Program-made: the position numbers and the translations under genes
The notes under the pieces: generated by a model
Told to the model about the DNA's origin: nothing
The model's database searches: none
Seen by the model: the letters and a program-made list of their open reading frames with translations, nothing else
NCBI GenBank assembly: GCA_002478275.1
Contig: DLMY01000024.1
Span: 1 to 52,933 of the forward strand
Source of the DNA: Actinobacteria bacterium UBA7524
GTDB lineage: Bacteria; Actinomycetota; Coriobacteriia; Anaerosomatales; UBA912
Reading direction: 5' to 3'
DNA: 52,933 nt
In this document: positions 28,591-38,532 of the stretch, piece by piece
How the letters are laid out: the number at the start of each line of letters is the position of its first letter
Position numbering within the stretch: position 1 is the stretch's first letter

Positions 28591-29472
28591 TCAGGGCCTC
28601 GGCACACTGGGCAACAATCCTCGTTCGCGCAACAGCGACCCGAGAAGCAGGAACTCCTCCGTCTCGAGGCACTCGGCGCGCACGGAGCCGTCCAACCCTG
28701 CGGTCGCGAACACATCATCGAGCTCGTCGCCCGAGACCACCAGGGTCGACTTCATGGAATTGCGCAGCGTCTTACGTCGCTGGGCGAAGGCCGCATCCGC
28801 GGCTCTCGATGCGGCCTCGAGATCTGCCGGATCGCCCATATAGGGGCGCCTCTCCAGCCGCACCACAGCAGACCCTACTCTCGGAGGAGGCAGGAAGCAC
28901 GAGGCGGAGACTGGGAATCTCTCCTTGGCGCAGGCGAGAAGGCCCAGCTTGACGGTGTACGCACCCCGGCTCTTCGTGCCCGGTGGCGCCATCATTCTGT
29001 CCGCTACCTCTGCCTGAACCATCACGGTGGCCGAACCGATGGAGGCGGACTCCTGGAACGACCGGAGCACCACCGTCGCCGCAACCGCGTACGGGAGGTT
29101 GGCGACCAGCGACTCGGGAGGACCGAGGGGGGTCAGGAGCTCCTCCGGGTCGACCTTCACGGCGTCAGCGTAGAGCACCGTCAGGTTGGGGTGCCGGGCC
29201 TCCAGCTCCGACAGGACCGGTCGCAACCCTACGTCATGCTCTACGGCAAGCACATGGCCTGCGCGTTCACACAGTGCGACCGTCAGCGTTCCGATCCCCG
29301 GACCGATCTCGAGTACCGGCTGTCCAGGCGCGATGTCCGCGAGCCGCAGGATACGACCCACGATGTTGTCGTCGATGAGGAAGTGCTGGCCGAAGGACTT
29401 GCGAGTATAGAGGCCGTGCTCTTTGAGGACTCCGAGCGTGGCGTTCGGTGAGGCAAGGCGCGAATATGCCAT
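28591..29472 (-). CDS. rsmA: 16S rRNA dimethyladenosine transferase KsgA
   Basis: KSFGQHFLID, LEIGPGIGTLT, VANLPY, MVQAEVA and AFAQRRKTLRN. Confidence 0.97.
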   Translation of the reverse strand: MAYSRLASPNATLGVLKEHGLYTRKSFGQHFLIDDNIVGRILRLADIAPGQPVLEIGPGIGTLTVALCERAGHVLAVEHDVGLRPVLSELEARHPNLTVLYADAVKVDPEELLTPLGPPESLVANLPYAVAATVVLRSFQESASIGSATVMVQAEVADRMMAPPGTKSRGAYTVKLGLLACAKERFPVSASCFLPPPRVGSAVVRLERRPYMGDPADLEAASRAADAAFAQRRKTLRNSMKSTLVVSGDELDDVFATAGLDGSVRAECLETEEFLLLGSLLRERGLLPSVPRP

Positions 29473-29481
29473 TGGACTCGC

Positions 29482-30504
29482 CTAAGGCAGGATCGTGATG
29501 GTCACCGTACGACGGCCCCAGGCGTTCACTTCTGCAATCCTGTCGAAGCAGACATCGATCTTGTTGCCCTTGATCGCGCCGCCGGTATCGGCGGCCACGC
29601 CGTAACCGTACCCGGGGATGTAGAGCTTGGTGCCCAGTGGAATGACCCGCGGATCAACGGCGACTATGCCGTAACCCGCACGCGCACCGGTTGCCGTTCG
29701 GGTCCCGACTCCCGCCTCGCCGGGCGCATAGGCCGTCGCCGTCACGGTCAGCTTGGTCCCTGTCGCCGCGTCGGGGGCGGCTGCGATCGTCCGGGAGCGA
29801 GCAAGCCGCTGGCTGTCTCGCTTCGTTCCGACGAGTACGACCTCGTTGACCGGCTCGACGACTCGCTCCTCGGAGACGAGCGTCCGCGGCCCTGGCTCCC
29901 CGTCGACGACGATCACTTTGTAGAGGCGCAGGACCTTGCCCGGAACGCCCTCGACGCCGATGGAGCGGGTACCCGAGATGCGGCTCGCGTCGTGCTCGGT
30001 GAGTACCTCGAACGGGATCTCCTCGGCCTCTTCGACGATTCTGACGAATGCGTCACGAGCCGTGATGGTCATACCGGACTCAAGCCGCTCGGTCAGTGGA
30101 GGTTCGACCTCAATCCCGGATCCTGTGTCGACCCCCGCCGCCACCAGCGCGTCGGCTACAGTGTTGCCGACCACTTTGAGGTCGAGGCCTTCGCCACCGA
30201 ACTTGACGGTCACGGGAATCGCATGCCGGATGACGACGGTGTCACCGTCGCCGAGCGGACAGTCGGGTGACGGTGATACGACGTCACCTTCCTCGATGGT
30301 GACGTCCAGCTGCTCCAGCAACTCAGAAACGGTACCCGCCTGAGTCTTGTAGAGACGGGAATCGCCGTCGACAAGGACGGTGACTTCCTTCTGTGCCCAT
30401 ACGAACCCGGTGATGCTCAGAGCGACGATGAGTGCTGCGATGAGAAGTGCGAGTATGTGACGGGTCTCCAGGAATCGTGCCGGGCGCTCCGGCCCTGTTT
30501 CCAT
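29482..30504 (-). CDS. YabE-like cell-wall protein (DUF348 repeats + G5 + 3D domain)
   Basis: TM helix, TV.ELL/TVADAL ubiquitin-like repeats, G5 region, and 3D domain ATAY…AVDPRVIPLGT…AADTGGAIKGNKID. Confidence 0.9.
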   Translation of the reverse strand: METGPERPARFLETRHILALLIAALIVALSITGFVWAQKEVTVLVDGDSRLYKTQAGTVSELLEQLDVTIEEGDVVSPSPDCPLGDGDTVVIRHAIPVTVKFGGEGLDLKVVGNTVADALVAAGVDTGSGIEVEPPLTERLESGMTITARDAFVRIVEEAEEIPFEVLTEHDASRISGTRSIGVEGVPGKVLRLYKVIVVDGEPGPRTLVSEERVVEPVNEVVLVGTKRDSQRLARSRTIAAAPDAATGTKLTVTATAYAPGEAGVGTRTATGARAGYGIVAVDPRVIPLGTKLYIPGYGYGVAADTGGAIKGNKIDVCFDRIAEVNAWGRRTVTITILP

Positions 30505-30619
30505 GTATCCCCTCGGTTGTGACAGGTAACGGTTCGAAAACGAAGCGGAGCCCGATTATAGCGAAGAGGGATAGGTGCCACAAACAGCGAGGTCACCACG
30601 GAACAGCGCACGCCCAAGC

Positions 30620-31219
30620 TCAGCTCGGAGCAGACTCGCACACCTGCGACACGAGGCGCGCACCGATCTCCTCGGCACGCACAAGAGCGCCCGGATGCTC
30701 CAGGATATCGCTCGGGGCGTCAGGGCCGACGACCCGCTGCTCCTCGCAGTATTCCACGCCGAGGACGGCGAAGACACTGCGTGTGGTGGCGATGGCCGCA
30801 TCGAAGCCGAAAGGATCCCCGCCGCCACGGACCGTCAGGAACGCCCCCGGCCTCTTCGGTCCACGAGGGCGACCGAGTAAGTGATACGCGACCCAATATG
30901 GCTGGCAGCGATCGTAGAGCGCCTTGAGCACTGCAGGAACCGTCGCGAAGTAGACAGGCGAAGCGACGACGACAGCGTCGGCAACGTCTATACGCGTATA
31001 GATCGCGCGCATGTCATCTTCTATCGTGCACGTCGCACCTGAGGCGCACTCGCCACACGCGTTGCAGGGCGTGATGTCGTGTTCTGCGACGACGAGGATA
31101 TCCGCGCGTCCTCCGGCCGCCTCGACCCCTCTGGCACAGGCGCGCAAGAGACGCTCGCTGTTACCTCCCGCCCGGGGACTACCGGCGATACACAGCACGT
31201 GTGGCCAGGCAGTCTCCAC
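30620..31219 (-). CDS. Iron-sulfur flavoprotein / NADPH-dependent FMN reductase family
   Basis: GSPRAGGNS, CNACGEC.....C and ASPVYF. Start approximate. Confidence 0.85.
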   Translation of the reverse strand: METAWPHVLCIAGSPRAGGNSERLLRACARGVEAAGGRADILVVAEHDITPCNACGECASGATCTIEDDMRAIYTRIDVADAVVVASPVYFATVPAVLKALYDRCQPYWVAYHLLGRPRGPKRPGAFLTVRGGGDPFGFDAAIATTRSVFAVLGVEYCEEQRVVGPDAPSDILEHPGALVRAEEIGARLVSQVCESAPS

Positions 31220-31224
31220 GAGAC

Positions 31225-32076
31225 TCAGGACTCCGGCGAGAACACGCGACGGGAGTTGTCGTAGGCCGCCTTCGCGAACTCTGCCAAGTCCATGCCTCTT
31301 ACCTGTGCGATCCGGGATGCGGTGAACACCGTCCAGGCCGGTTCGTTCGTCTGGCCCCGATACGGCTCGGGCGCCATGAACGGACAATCCGTCTCGACGA
31401 GGATACGGTCCAGAGGCACCACTGCGGCGGCCTCGCGAACAGCATCCGCATTCTTGAACGTCACCGGACCGGCGAACGAGATATGGCAGCCGATGTCGAC
31501 GAAGCGCATAGCCAGCTCCGCGTCACCGGTGAAGCAGTGGAGGACGCAACCGGCGTCGGGGATGCCGATCTCCTGCAGGATGTCGTAGCCTTCGTCGTGG
31601 GCTTCGCGCAGATGGATGATCGCAGGCAGACAGCACCTGTGAGCTGCAGCCAACTGCTTACGGAATGCCTGTCGTTGGTCGTCTCGCGGTGAATGGTCGT
31701 AGTGGAAGTCCAGGCCGATCTCGCCGATAGCAGCCACCCGGGGATCGGCGGCCATCTCGACGAGCCTGGTCTCGATCTCTGGACGGAAGGACTTCGCATT
31801 GTGCGGATGGACCCCCAGAGCCAGAAGTACTTCGGGAGCTTCTGCGCCCACCTCCCAGTCACGCAACCGCTCCCAGGAATCGGCGAGCCATGAGTCGAGC
31901 TCCTGCGCGGTCGCATGCGGGAGCTCCGTCAGGTCCAGTATGGTCACCACGAGCGAGACTCCCGCGATCGCCGCGCGTTCAAGCGCTCCCGCTGGATCGT
32001 CGAGCATCTCCAGGTGAGCATGGGTGTCTGCCAACGGTGCACCGATACGTGGCAGTTCGGCTGGTCTCGCGCTCAT
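31225..32076 (-). CDS. tatD: TatD-family nuclease
   Basis: DTHAHL, GVHPH, IGEIGLD, IIHLREA, LHCF and ETDCPF. Confidence 0.95.
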   Translation of the reverse strand: MSARPAELPRIGAPLADTHAHLEMLDDPAGALERAAIAGVSLVVTILDLTELPHATAQELDSWLADSWERLRDWEVGAEAPEVLLALGVHPHNAKSFRPEIETRLVEMAADPRVAAIGEIGLDFHYDHSPRDDQRQAFRKQLAAAHRCCLPAIIHLREAHDEGYDILQEIGIPDAGCVLHCFTGDAELAMRFVDIGCHISFAGPVTFKNADAVREAAAVVPLDRILVETDCPFMAPEPYRGQTNEPAWTVFTASRIAQVRGMDLAEFAKAAYDNSRRVFSPES

Positions 32077-32105
32077 CCGCTCCTCCGGCTACCTGACGGA
32101 TCGCT

Positions 32106-33665
32106 CTATTCCTCTTCGTATATTCGAGGAAAGAGCGGGTCCCCCTTCATCACATGACTACCCGCCGCGAGTCCGCCCCAAGCGGTCACGGACCGGATAT
32201 CCTCGACCGTGTGGATGTCTTCCAGGCCCAATCGCCGCCAGACCTCGGCACTTGTCGACGGCATCACCGGGGCACAGAACACGGCCGCGATCCTGACAGC
32301 CTCCAGTGCGTTGTAGATCACGGCCTCAAGCCGGGGCAGGGTCTCCTCGGACTTGGCGAGGTTCCAGGGAGCCTCGTTCTCGATGTAGCGATTGGCCTCC
32401 TTGATGAGATCCCAGGTGGCCTCGAGCGCGCCGACATAGTCGAATGTGGTCATGGCCGCCTCGTAGCGTTGTGGCAGGGCGGCCGCTATCTCAAGCAGGG
32501 TCTCATCCGCTTCGGTGGGTCCTGTCGCCGGTGATGCCGGCACGACTCCATCGAAGTATTTGCCCGCCATATTGAACAGGCGGCTGCACAGGTTGCCCCA
32601 GTCGTTCGCGAGATCGCCGTTGTAGCGCTGGACCATCGACTCCATCGAGATCGACCCGTCCGCACCGAACTGCACGTCGCGCAGGAAGTAGTAGCGATAT
32701 GCGTCGGAGCCGAAGCGCTCGACCAGGTCAGCGGGGCTTTGCGCGTTGCCTTTCGACTTGCTCATCTTCTCGCCCTTGGTGAGCAGGAACCCATGCGCGA
32801 AGACCGTCTCCGGCAAAGGGATGCCGGCGGCCATGAGCATCGCAGGCCAGATCACGCAATGGAACCGGATGATGTCCTTGCCCACGAAGTGCACCTGGGC
32901 CGGCCAGTACCGTTCGAAGCGCGCCGCGAGGTCAGGGTCATCAGCACCGTAACCAGCTGCGGTCACGTAATTGAGCAGGGCGTCGATCCACACGTACGTG
33001 ACGTGACCCTCGTCGAATGGGAGCGGCACGCCCCACTCGAACGTCGTGCGCGAGATCGAGAGGTCCTTGAGCCCTCCGCGAACGAAACTCACGACTTCGT
33101 TGCGGCGCGTCTCCGGTTGCACGAACGCCGGATGCGCCTCGTAGTGCTCGAGCAGGCGGTCGGCGAACTCAGAGAGCTTGAAGAACCAGTTCTCCTCTCG
33201 GATGAACTCGACATCCCGGCCGCAGCCCGGGCACTTGCCCTCCTCAAGCTGGTCTTCGGAGTAGAAGGTCTCGTCGGGCACGCAGTACCAGCCCTCGTAC
33301 GAATCCTTGTAGAGACAGCCCTTGTCGTGAAGTGACGTCCAGAAAGCCTGCACGCCCTGCTTGTGCCGCTCCTCGGTCGTGCGGATGAAGTCATCGTTGG
33401 TGATCTGCAGCATCTCCCATGCTTCCGTGAAGCGTGGGGCGATGCTGTCACACCATTCCTGAGGAGTCATCCCGTTCTCCTCGGCAGCCTGCGCCACCTT
33501 CTGACCATGCTCGTCGAGGCCTGTCAGGAAGAACACGTCATGCCCGGTCATCCGGCGATACCGGGCAAGGGCGTCCGCAGCCAGAGTGGTGTACGCGGTC
33601 CCCAGGTGCGGCACGGAGTTGACGTAGTAGATCGGCGTTGTGATGTAGAAAGGTAAGCGGCTCAC
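32106..33665 (-). CDS. metG: Methionine--tRNA ligase (short MetRS1 type)
   Basis: ITTPIYYVN..PHLG, LTGLDEHG, YVWIDAL, GKDIIRFH and KMSKS. No C-terminal OB domain. Confidence 0.97.
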   Translation of the reverse strand: MSRLPFYITTPIYYVNSVPHLGTAYTTLAADALARYRRMTGHDVFFLTGLDEHGQKVAQAAEENGMTPQEWCDSIAPRFTEAWEMLQITNDDFIRTTEERHKQGVQAFWTSLHDKGCLYKDSYEGWYCVPDETFYSEDQLEEGKCPGCGRDVEFIREENWFFKLSEFADRLLEHYEAHPAFVQPETRRNEVVSFVRGGLKDLSISRTTFEWGVPLPFDEGHVTYVWIDALLNYVTAAGYGADDPDLAARFERYWPAQVHFVGKDIIRFHCVIWPAMLMAAGIPLPETVFAHGFLLTKGEKMSKSKGNAQSPADLVERFGSDAYRYYFLRDVQFGADGSISMESMVQRYNGDLANDWGNLCSRLFNMAGKYFDGVVPASPATGPTEADETLLEIAAALPQRYEAAMTTFDYVGALEATWDLIKEANRYIENEAPWNLAKSEETLPRLEAVIYNALEAVRIAAVFCAPVMPSTSAEVWRRLGLEDIHTVEDIRSVTAWGGLAAGSHVMKGDPLFPRIYEEE

Positions 33666-33784
33666 TGTTATGAAGCTCCCATGCTTGGGGAATCTTGGAA
33701 TTGACGTGTACGACCCTCGTGCAGACTATACCGCGATTTCCCGGCCGCGGGGGCGTCTTCATCGGACCTAGGGGAGGCAGGGCG

Positions 33785-34168
33785 ATGAGTGATACTGGGA
33801 TAGTGAGGCGCGTCGACGACCTCGGCCGGGTCGTCATACCGATGGAACTGCGCCGTACACTCGGGATCAGGGTGAAGGACCCGATCTCGATTCACGTGGA
33901 GGGTGAACGGATCATCTTGCAGAAGCANNNNNNNNNNNNNNNNNNNNNNNNNNNNNNNNNNNNNNNNNNNNNNNNNNNNNNNNNNNNNNNNNNNNNNNNN
34001 NNNNNNNNNNNNNNNNNNNNNNNNNNNNNNNNNNNNNNNNAACGGATCATCTTGCAGAAGCACGTAGACTCTTGCGTGATATGCGGCGATACTGAGGAGA
34101 CGGCGCTCTTCAAGGGTAGACCCCTGTGCACCGCATGTGTACGGGAGATTCGAAAGGGCAGCCGGTGA
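33785..34168 (+). CDS. abrB: AbrB transition-state regulator with C-terminal Cys4 domain (~82 aa after collapsing the false gap)
   Basis: TGIVRRVDDLGRVVIPMELRRTLGI…IILQK…CVICG…LCTAC. The same 22 nt flank both sides of the gap. Confidence 0.92.
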   Translation: MSDTGIVRRVDDLGRVVIPMELRRTLGIRVKDPISIHVEGERIILQKXXXXXXXXXXXXXXXXXXXXXXXXXXXXXXXXXXXXXXXRIILQKHVDSCVICGDTEETALFKGRPLCTACVREIRKGSR

Positions 34169-34230
34169 GAAAGGGCGCGCATCATTCATACCTCCGCCGG
34201 AGAAGGCGGTTCTAGCGGCCGCGGGGCTTA

Positions 34231-35218
34231 TCAGTCCTCGCGGCCGTGGACTATCCGGTACAGGTCCTTGCGCGCCACACCACACTCGGATGCGACCTCA
34301 CGGATCGCATCACTGCGGCTTGCCCCCTCGGCCACCAACGCATCGACCCTCGCGAGCAACTCCTTCTCATCATGCCGGGGACGCTCGTCTGGCGGCGGTC
34401 CGATGACGAGCACGACTTCCCCCTTGAGCTCCCTTTGCTCCATCTCTTCGGCGAGGTTCTCGATGACGCCGCGCACGACCTCCTGATGGACCTTGGTGAG
34501 TTCACGGGCGACCGCGGCGCTTCTGCCCGGCATGACCTCCGCGATCGACCTCAGGGTCGAAGCGGTCCTTCGCGGTGACTCGTAGAAGACCAGCGTGGCA
34601 TCGAGCGTGGCTAGTGAGGTCAGATGGCGGACCCTCTCCCCCGCTTTGCGAGGAAGAAAGCCCCCGAAGTAGAAGGGCTCGACCGGCAATCCACTGGCGA
34701 CGAGTGCGGTGACGGTCGCGCTGGGCCCCGGCGANNNNNNNNNNNNNNNNNNNNNNNNNNNNNNNNNNNNNNNNNNNNNNNNNNNNNNNNNNNNNNNNNN
34801 NNNNNNNNNNNNNNNNNNNNNNNNNNNNNNNNNNNNNNNNNNNNNNNNNNNNNNNNNNNNNNNNNNNNNNNNNNNNNNNNNNNNNNNNNNNNNCCGGCAG
34901 CCCCGCCTCGAGCGCCGCCGCCACGAGCCGCTGCCCCGGATCGCTTATGCCGGGCATGCCCGCATCGGAGACGACGGCGATGCTGGCGCCCTCGTTGAGA
35001 CGCGTGATCACGACGGGAGTCTTACGCGCAGCGGTGTGCTCGTCATAACGCTCCAGCGCCGTCTGAACGCCATATCGGGCCAGCAGTCTGGAGGTGACGC
35101 GGGTATCCTCGGCAAGGACGACGTCGACGCTTCTCAACGTCTCGATGACACGCGCGGTCACATCGCCGAGATTGCCTATCGGCGTCGCACAGACGAACAG
35201 CGTGCCGGGCTCACTCAT
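34231..35218 (-). CDS. rsmI: 16S rRNA C1402 2'-O-methyltransferase (gap inside)
   Basis: ATPIGNLGD, AEDTR, VSDAGMPGISDPG, F.GFLPRK, FYESPRR, ARELTK.HQE and KGEVVLV. Confidence 0.95.
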
Positions 35219-36341
35219 CGGCAGACGTCGACGGCGGTTCTGGCTGTCGATCCCACTCCGGTGCGCCGGGAGGAGGCGGCATGAAGCCGTCGCCTGGCGC
35301 TGGTGCGTAGGGTGCAGGGGGCTCCGGTGCCGGCGGAGCGGGTGCAACGGGAGGAAGGGGTGCGGACGGGGCGTAGACCGGGGCCGCATCCGTCATGCCC
35401 TCCTGCTCCGGAACATGGCCGGGAACCGCGTACACGAACCCGGCTTCCCGTCCGGTCAACCGGCGATAGAAGATCGTCCAGGCCGCCGAGGAGAACGCCG
35501 AAAAGACTGCCGAGGGCAACGCAATCGCCAGCCAGGCCAGCAAGCCCAGGGCGATGGCCGGAGGGATCGCGCCTGCCATCAAGGACAGGGCCATGGGGAC
35601 GCCGAACACCGCCGCTATGATGCCGACGCCGACCCCGAACGCGATCCCCACGCCGAACATGACGACCCACATGACGGCGACGTCTTTGAAGCGGGACTTG
35701 ATCTCGCCGAAGGCGAACCCGATCGATTCCATCGCGGGCCGGTCGGCCAGAACCGCATGCCGGGATGCGATCTGGTCGAGCAACCCGACCACGGCTCCCA
35801 GGACCAGCAGCACGAGACCGCCGACCACGACCCCTCCACACATCGTGACGAACGCGGTTCCCGCCCCCTCCGGACTTTCCGCCATCATGACGATGGGCAC
35901 GAACACAGCAGCCAAGACCAACGCTAGGACCAGCATGAAGGGCAGATACAGTACGAATCCGAGCAGAAATAGACGACCCCACAGGCGAAAACCCGTCGAC
36001 CAGCCGTTAGCTGCACGGACCTCGCGTCCCTCCTCGGCGTCCTCGACCAGACGGATCAGTCCGCCCTTCGCCGCGACGCTTATCACCCAGAAAGCGATAC
36101 CGATCAGGAGTAGTAGACCACCGACGGCGATGATCAGGCCGAGGTTGTCGACGATCCAGTCGCCGAACCGCTCGACCTCAGGCGGCATGGTCTGCGGACC
36201 GAACCTGCTGCTGCCGCCCGGGTTGTACGACCCACCCTGACCGCCTCCACCCGCTCCTCCGGCGAGGAGACCGAACAGCCACAGGATCTTATAGCGCCAC
36301 GTGACCTTCCACGCTTTCTTCAGGATCCCACCGAAATCCAT
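35211..36341 (-). CDS. Multi-pass membrane protein with Pro-rich C-tail (unknown function)
   Basis: About seven hydrophobic segments, N-terminal AWKVTWRYKILWLFG, and a Gly-rich loop. Confidence 0.75.
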   Translation of the reverse strand: MDFGGILKKAWKVTWRYKILWLFGLLAGGAGGGGQGGSYNPGGSSRFGPQTMPPEVERFGDWIVDNLGLIIAVGGLLLLIGIAFWVISVAAKGGLIRLVEDAEEGREVRAANGWSTGFRLWGRLFLLGFVLYLPFMLVLALVLAAVFVPIVMMAESPEGAGTAFVTMCGGVVVGGLVLLVLGAVVGLLDQIASRHAVLADRPAMESIGFAFGEIKSRFKDVAVMWVVMFGVGIAFGVGVGIIAAVFGVPMALSLMAGAIPPAIALGLLAWLAIALPSAVFSAFSSAAWTIFYRRLTGREAGFVYAVPGHVPEQEGMTDAAPVYAPSAPLPPVAPAPPAPEPPAPYAPAPGDGFMPPPPGAPEWDRQPEPPSTSADE

Positions 36342-36365
36342 ATCAGCCTCCCGCCGGCGATATCT

Positions 36366-37481
36366 TCACTCCACTGTGACAAGGTCGTACTCCCGCGAAC
36401 CTAATCCGTGGGCCTGTGCATACTCAAGAGCGATGGTACCGTCGACCCCGGTGATCGCGGCGAACTTGTCCTCTCCTGCCGCCATCCCCTCACCCCGTGT
36501 CCCCACAAGTCCCTGCGCCTGGACCACGAGATCGTACGAGGCCTGGTCGATAGCGACTATGTCCGTCGATGCCAGGACACCGATGTCGGGGACGACAGCC
36601 GCATCGGAGAAGTGCCAGCAGTCGCAGTCGGGCGTGATGTCGGTGAGAAAAGACAGGTAGACGGTCTTTTCGCGCTTTGCGGCCAGAGCTCCGGCAACAT
36701 GCTCCACGATCTTCTCCTGGATAGCTGCCGGCTCGGTCTTCCACTGCACCGCGATCGCGCCGTACGGGCATGCCGCCACACACTCTCCGCACCCGTAACA
36801 CAGACCGTAGTCCACGACCGCCACCTTGTCTGGGCCGATGGCGATCGCGTCGACAGGACACCACTTCACGCAACGCGCACATGCGGTACATGTGGGCGCA
36901 TCGACCTCGGGCCGGAAGTCGGAGTGCATGCGCTGCTTGGCGCTGCGGCAACCCAGGCCCATACCGACGTTCTTGATGGCGCCGCCGAAGCCCGTGGCCT
37001 CGTGACCCTTCACGTGGCTGACCACGACCATGGCGTCCGCGTGTGCCGCAGCAGAACCGATCCTCACGGTGTCGAAGTGTTTGAACCCCTCAAGCGGGAC
37101 GTCCACGGCATCACGACCGTCCAGGCCGTCAGCGATGATGAGTGGGGCCTGCACGGTCGCATACGCGAACCCGTTGTGCAAAGCGCATTCAAGGTGATCC
37201 ACGGCGTTGGCCCGCTCGCCACGGTACAGGGTGTTGGCATCGGTGAGGAAGGGCCGGCCCCCGGCATCCTTGATGCGTGCGACGACCTCGCGCACGTACA
37301 CCGGCCTCACGAACGCCGTGTTCCCCGTCTCGCCGAAGTGCAACTTCACCGCAACGAGGTCCCCGCTCGTGACGGTCTCGCGCAAGCCTGCACGTTCAAG
37401 CAGGCGACCGGCACGTTTCACAAGCGAGTGCTTTCCCGGCGTCCGTACCGGAGCGAAGTAGACCTTCGCCCTCACACTCAT
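36366..37481 (-). CDS. DUF362-domain protein with 2x[4Fe-4S] ferredoxin
   Basis: VAVKLHFGE, HVKGH..TGFGGAIKNVGMG, CTACARCVKWCP, CYGCGECVAACP and PDCDC. Confidence 0.9.
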   Translation of the reverse strand: MSVRAKVYFAPVRTPGKHSLVKRAGRLLERAGLRETVTSGDLVAVKLHFGETGNTAFVRPVYVREVVARIKDAGGRPFLTDANTLYRGERANAVDHLECALHNGFAYATVQAPLIIADGLDGRDAVDVPLEGFKHFDTVRIGSAAAHADAMVVVSHVKGHEATGFGGAIKNVGMGLGCRSAKQRMHSDFRPEVDAPTCTACARCVKWCPVDAIAIGPDKVAVVDYGLCYGCGECVAACPYGAIAVQWKTEPAAIQEKIVEHVAGALAAKREKTVYLSFLTDITPDCDCWHFSDAAVVPDIGVLASTDIVAIDQASYDLVVQAQGLVGTRGEGMAAGEDKFAAITGVDGTIALEYAQAHGLGSREYDLVTVE

Positions 37482-38452
37482 CGGTGCAGGCCCTCCCTGG
37501 AGTCGTACTCATCGAACGCCAGGCACGCCGCCCCGAGTATCCCGGCGTCGTTTCCGAGCTCCGCCTGCACAACCGTGACATCACGCCGGCCTGCCAACGC
37601 CTCGTCGGCGATCATCTCCGCGGCCCGCTCGATGATGAACGGACACGCCTCACCGATGCCGCCGCCGACAACCACCATCTGCGGATTGAGCAGGTTGACC
37701 AGCCCTACGAGAGACCGGCCCAGGATCACGCCGGCATCCATGAGGATCCTCGTGGCTGGCTCGTCACCCGACAACGAGGCCTTGATGACATCCTCGGCGG
37801 TCACCGTATCGATATCGCCTCCGGCAGCTTCGAGGATGGCCCGCCCCTTGAACGTCGCGGCGATCTCCCGGCCTTTGAGCGCCAGCGCCGCACGACCCAG
37901 GTAGCTCTCGATGTGACCGGTGCCCCCGCACGGGCAGGCAGGGCCATCGAGCTGGATGACCATGTGCCCCACCTCGGCACCCAGGCCCCGTGACCCGCGA
38001 TAAGGTTCGCCTGCGACGAACATGCCGCCGCCGACCCCGGTTCCCAGCGTGATCATGATGAAGTCCCGCACGCCCCTGGCGGCACCGTAGCGCGATTCGC
38101 CCAGCGCGGCCAGATTGCCGTCGTTGTCGATCGTGACCTGATACTTGGAGCGCGACATCACAAGCGCCCTCACGTCCACACCCGCGAGCGGAAGGTTGGT
38201 GCAGAACTCCACGCTCTGCCTGGCGAAATCAATCTGGGCAGGCAATCCTATACCCACCCCCGAGATCTCTCCCTGATGGACGCCGGCACTTACCTGAGCA
38301 GCCAGGTCGATCACCGCGTCGACCACCGCGAACGGTCCGCCCTTGGGTGTGAGCGCCTTGGCGTCCTTGACGATCCGGCCCTTGCGTTCCACCAGGCCGG
38401 CAGCTATCCGCGTGCCCCCGACGTCGACGCCGATCGCGTAAGACGTACGCAT
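37478..38452 (-). CDS. ROK-family sugar kinase (glucokinase-like)
   Basis: IGVDVGGT, DNDGNLAALGE, TLGTGVGGG and EVGH…CPCGGTGHIE. Confidence 0.92.
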   Translation of the reverse strand: MRTSYAIGVDVGGTRIAAGLVERKGRIVKDAKALTPKGGPFAVVDAVIDLAAQVSAGVHQGEISGVGIGLPAQIDFARQSVEFCTNLPLAGVDVRALVMSRSKYQVTIDNDGNLAALGESRYGAARGVRDFIMITLGTGVGGGMFVAGEPYRGSRGLGAEVGHMVIQLDGPACPCGGTGHIESYLGRAALALKGREIAATFKGRAILEAAGGDIDTVTAEDVIKASLSGDEPATRILMDAGVILGRSLVGLVNLLNPQMVVVGGGIGEACPFIIERAAEMIADEALAGRRDVTVVQAELGNDAGILGAACLAFDEYDSREGLHR

Positions 38453-38484
38453 GAAGCCTCCCTCGACTCACTTCCGATGTGATC

Positions 38485-38517
38485 GCGTGCCTGCGGTCCT
38501 GACCGCGCACGGCACGC
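38485..38517. other. GC-rich stem-loop between the IrrE-like and ROK genes
   Basis: GCGTGCC-TGCGGTC-ct-GACCGCG-cac-GGCACGC; no U-tract. Confidence 0.45.
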
Positions 38518-38532
38518 CACACCGGCATCTTG

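Noticed and set aside
33666..33784. T-box or SAM riboswitch upstream of metG
   Set aside because: The spacer is only ~120 bp, shared with abrB, and has no T-box or S-box consensus.
33906..34062. Direct repeat inside abrB as a target-site duplication or insertion
   Set aside because: The repeat flanks an N-gap, and collapsing it restores a normal AbrB.
25027..34168. Evidence of endospore formation from spoVG, abrB and veg
   Set aside because: These genes occur in non-sporulating bacteria, and the spore-specific yabG and sspF are absent from their syntenic slots.
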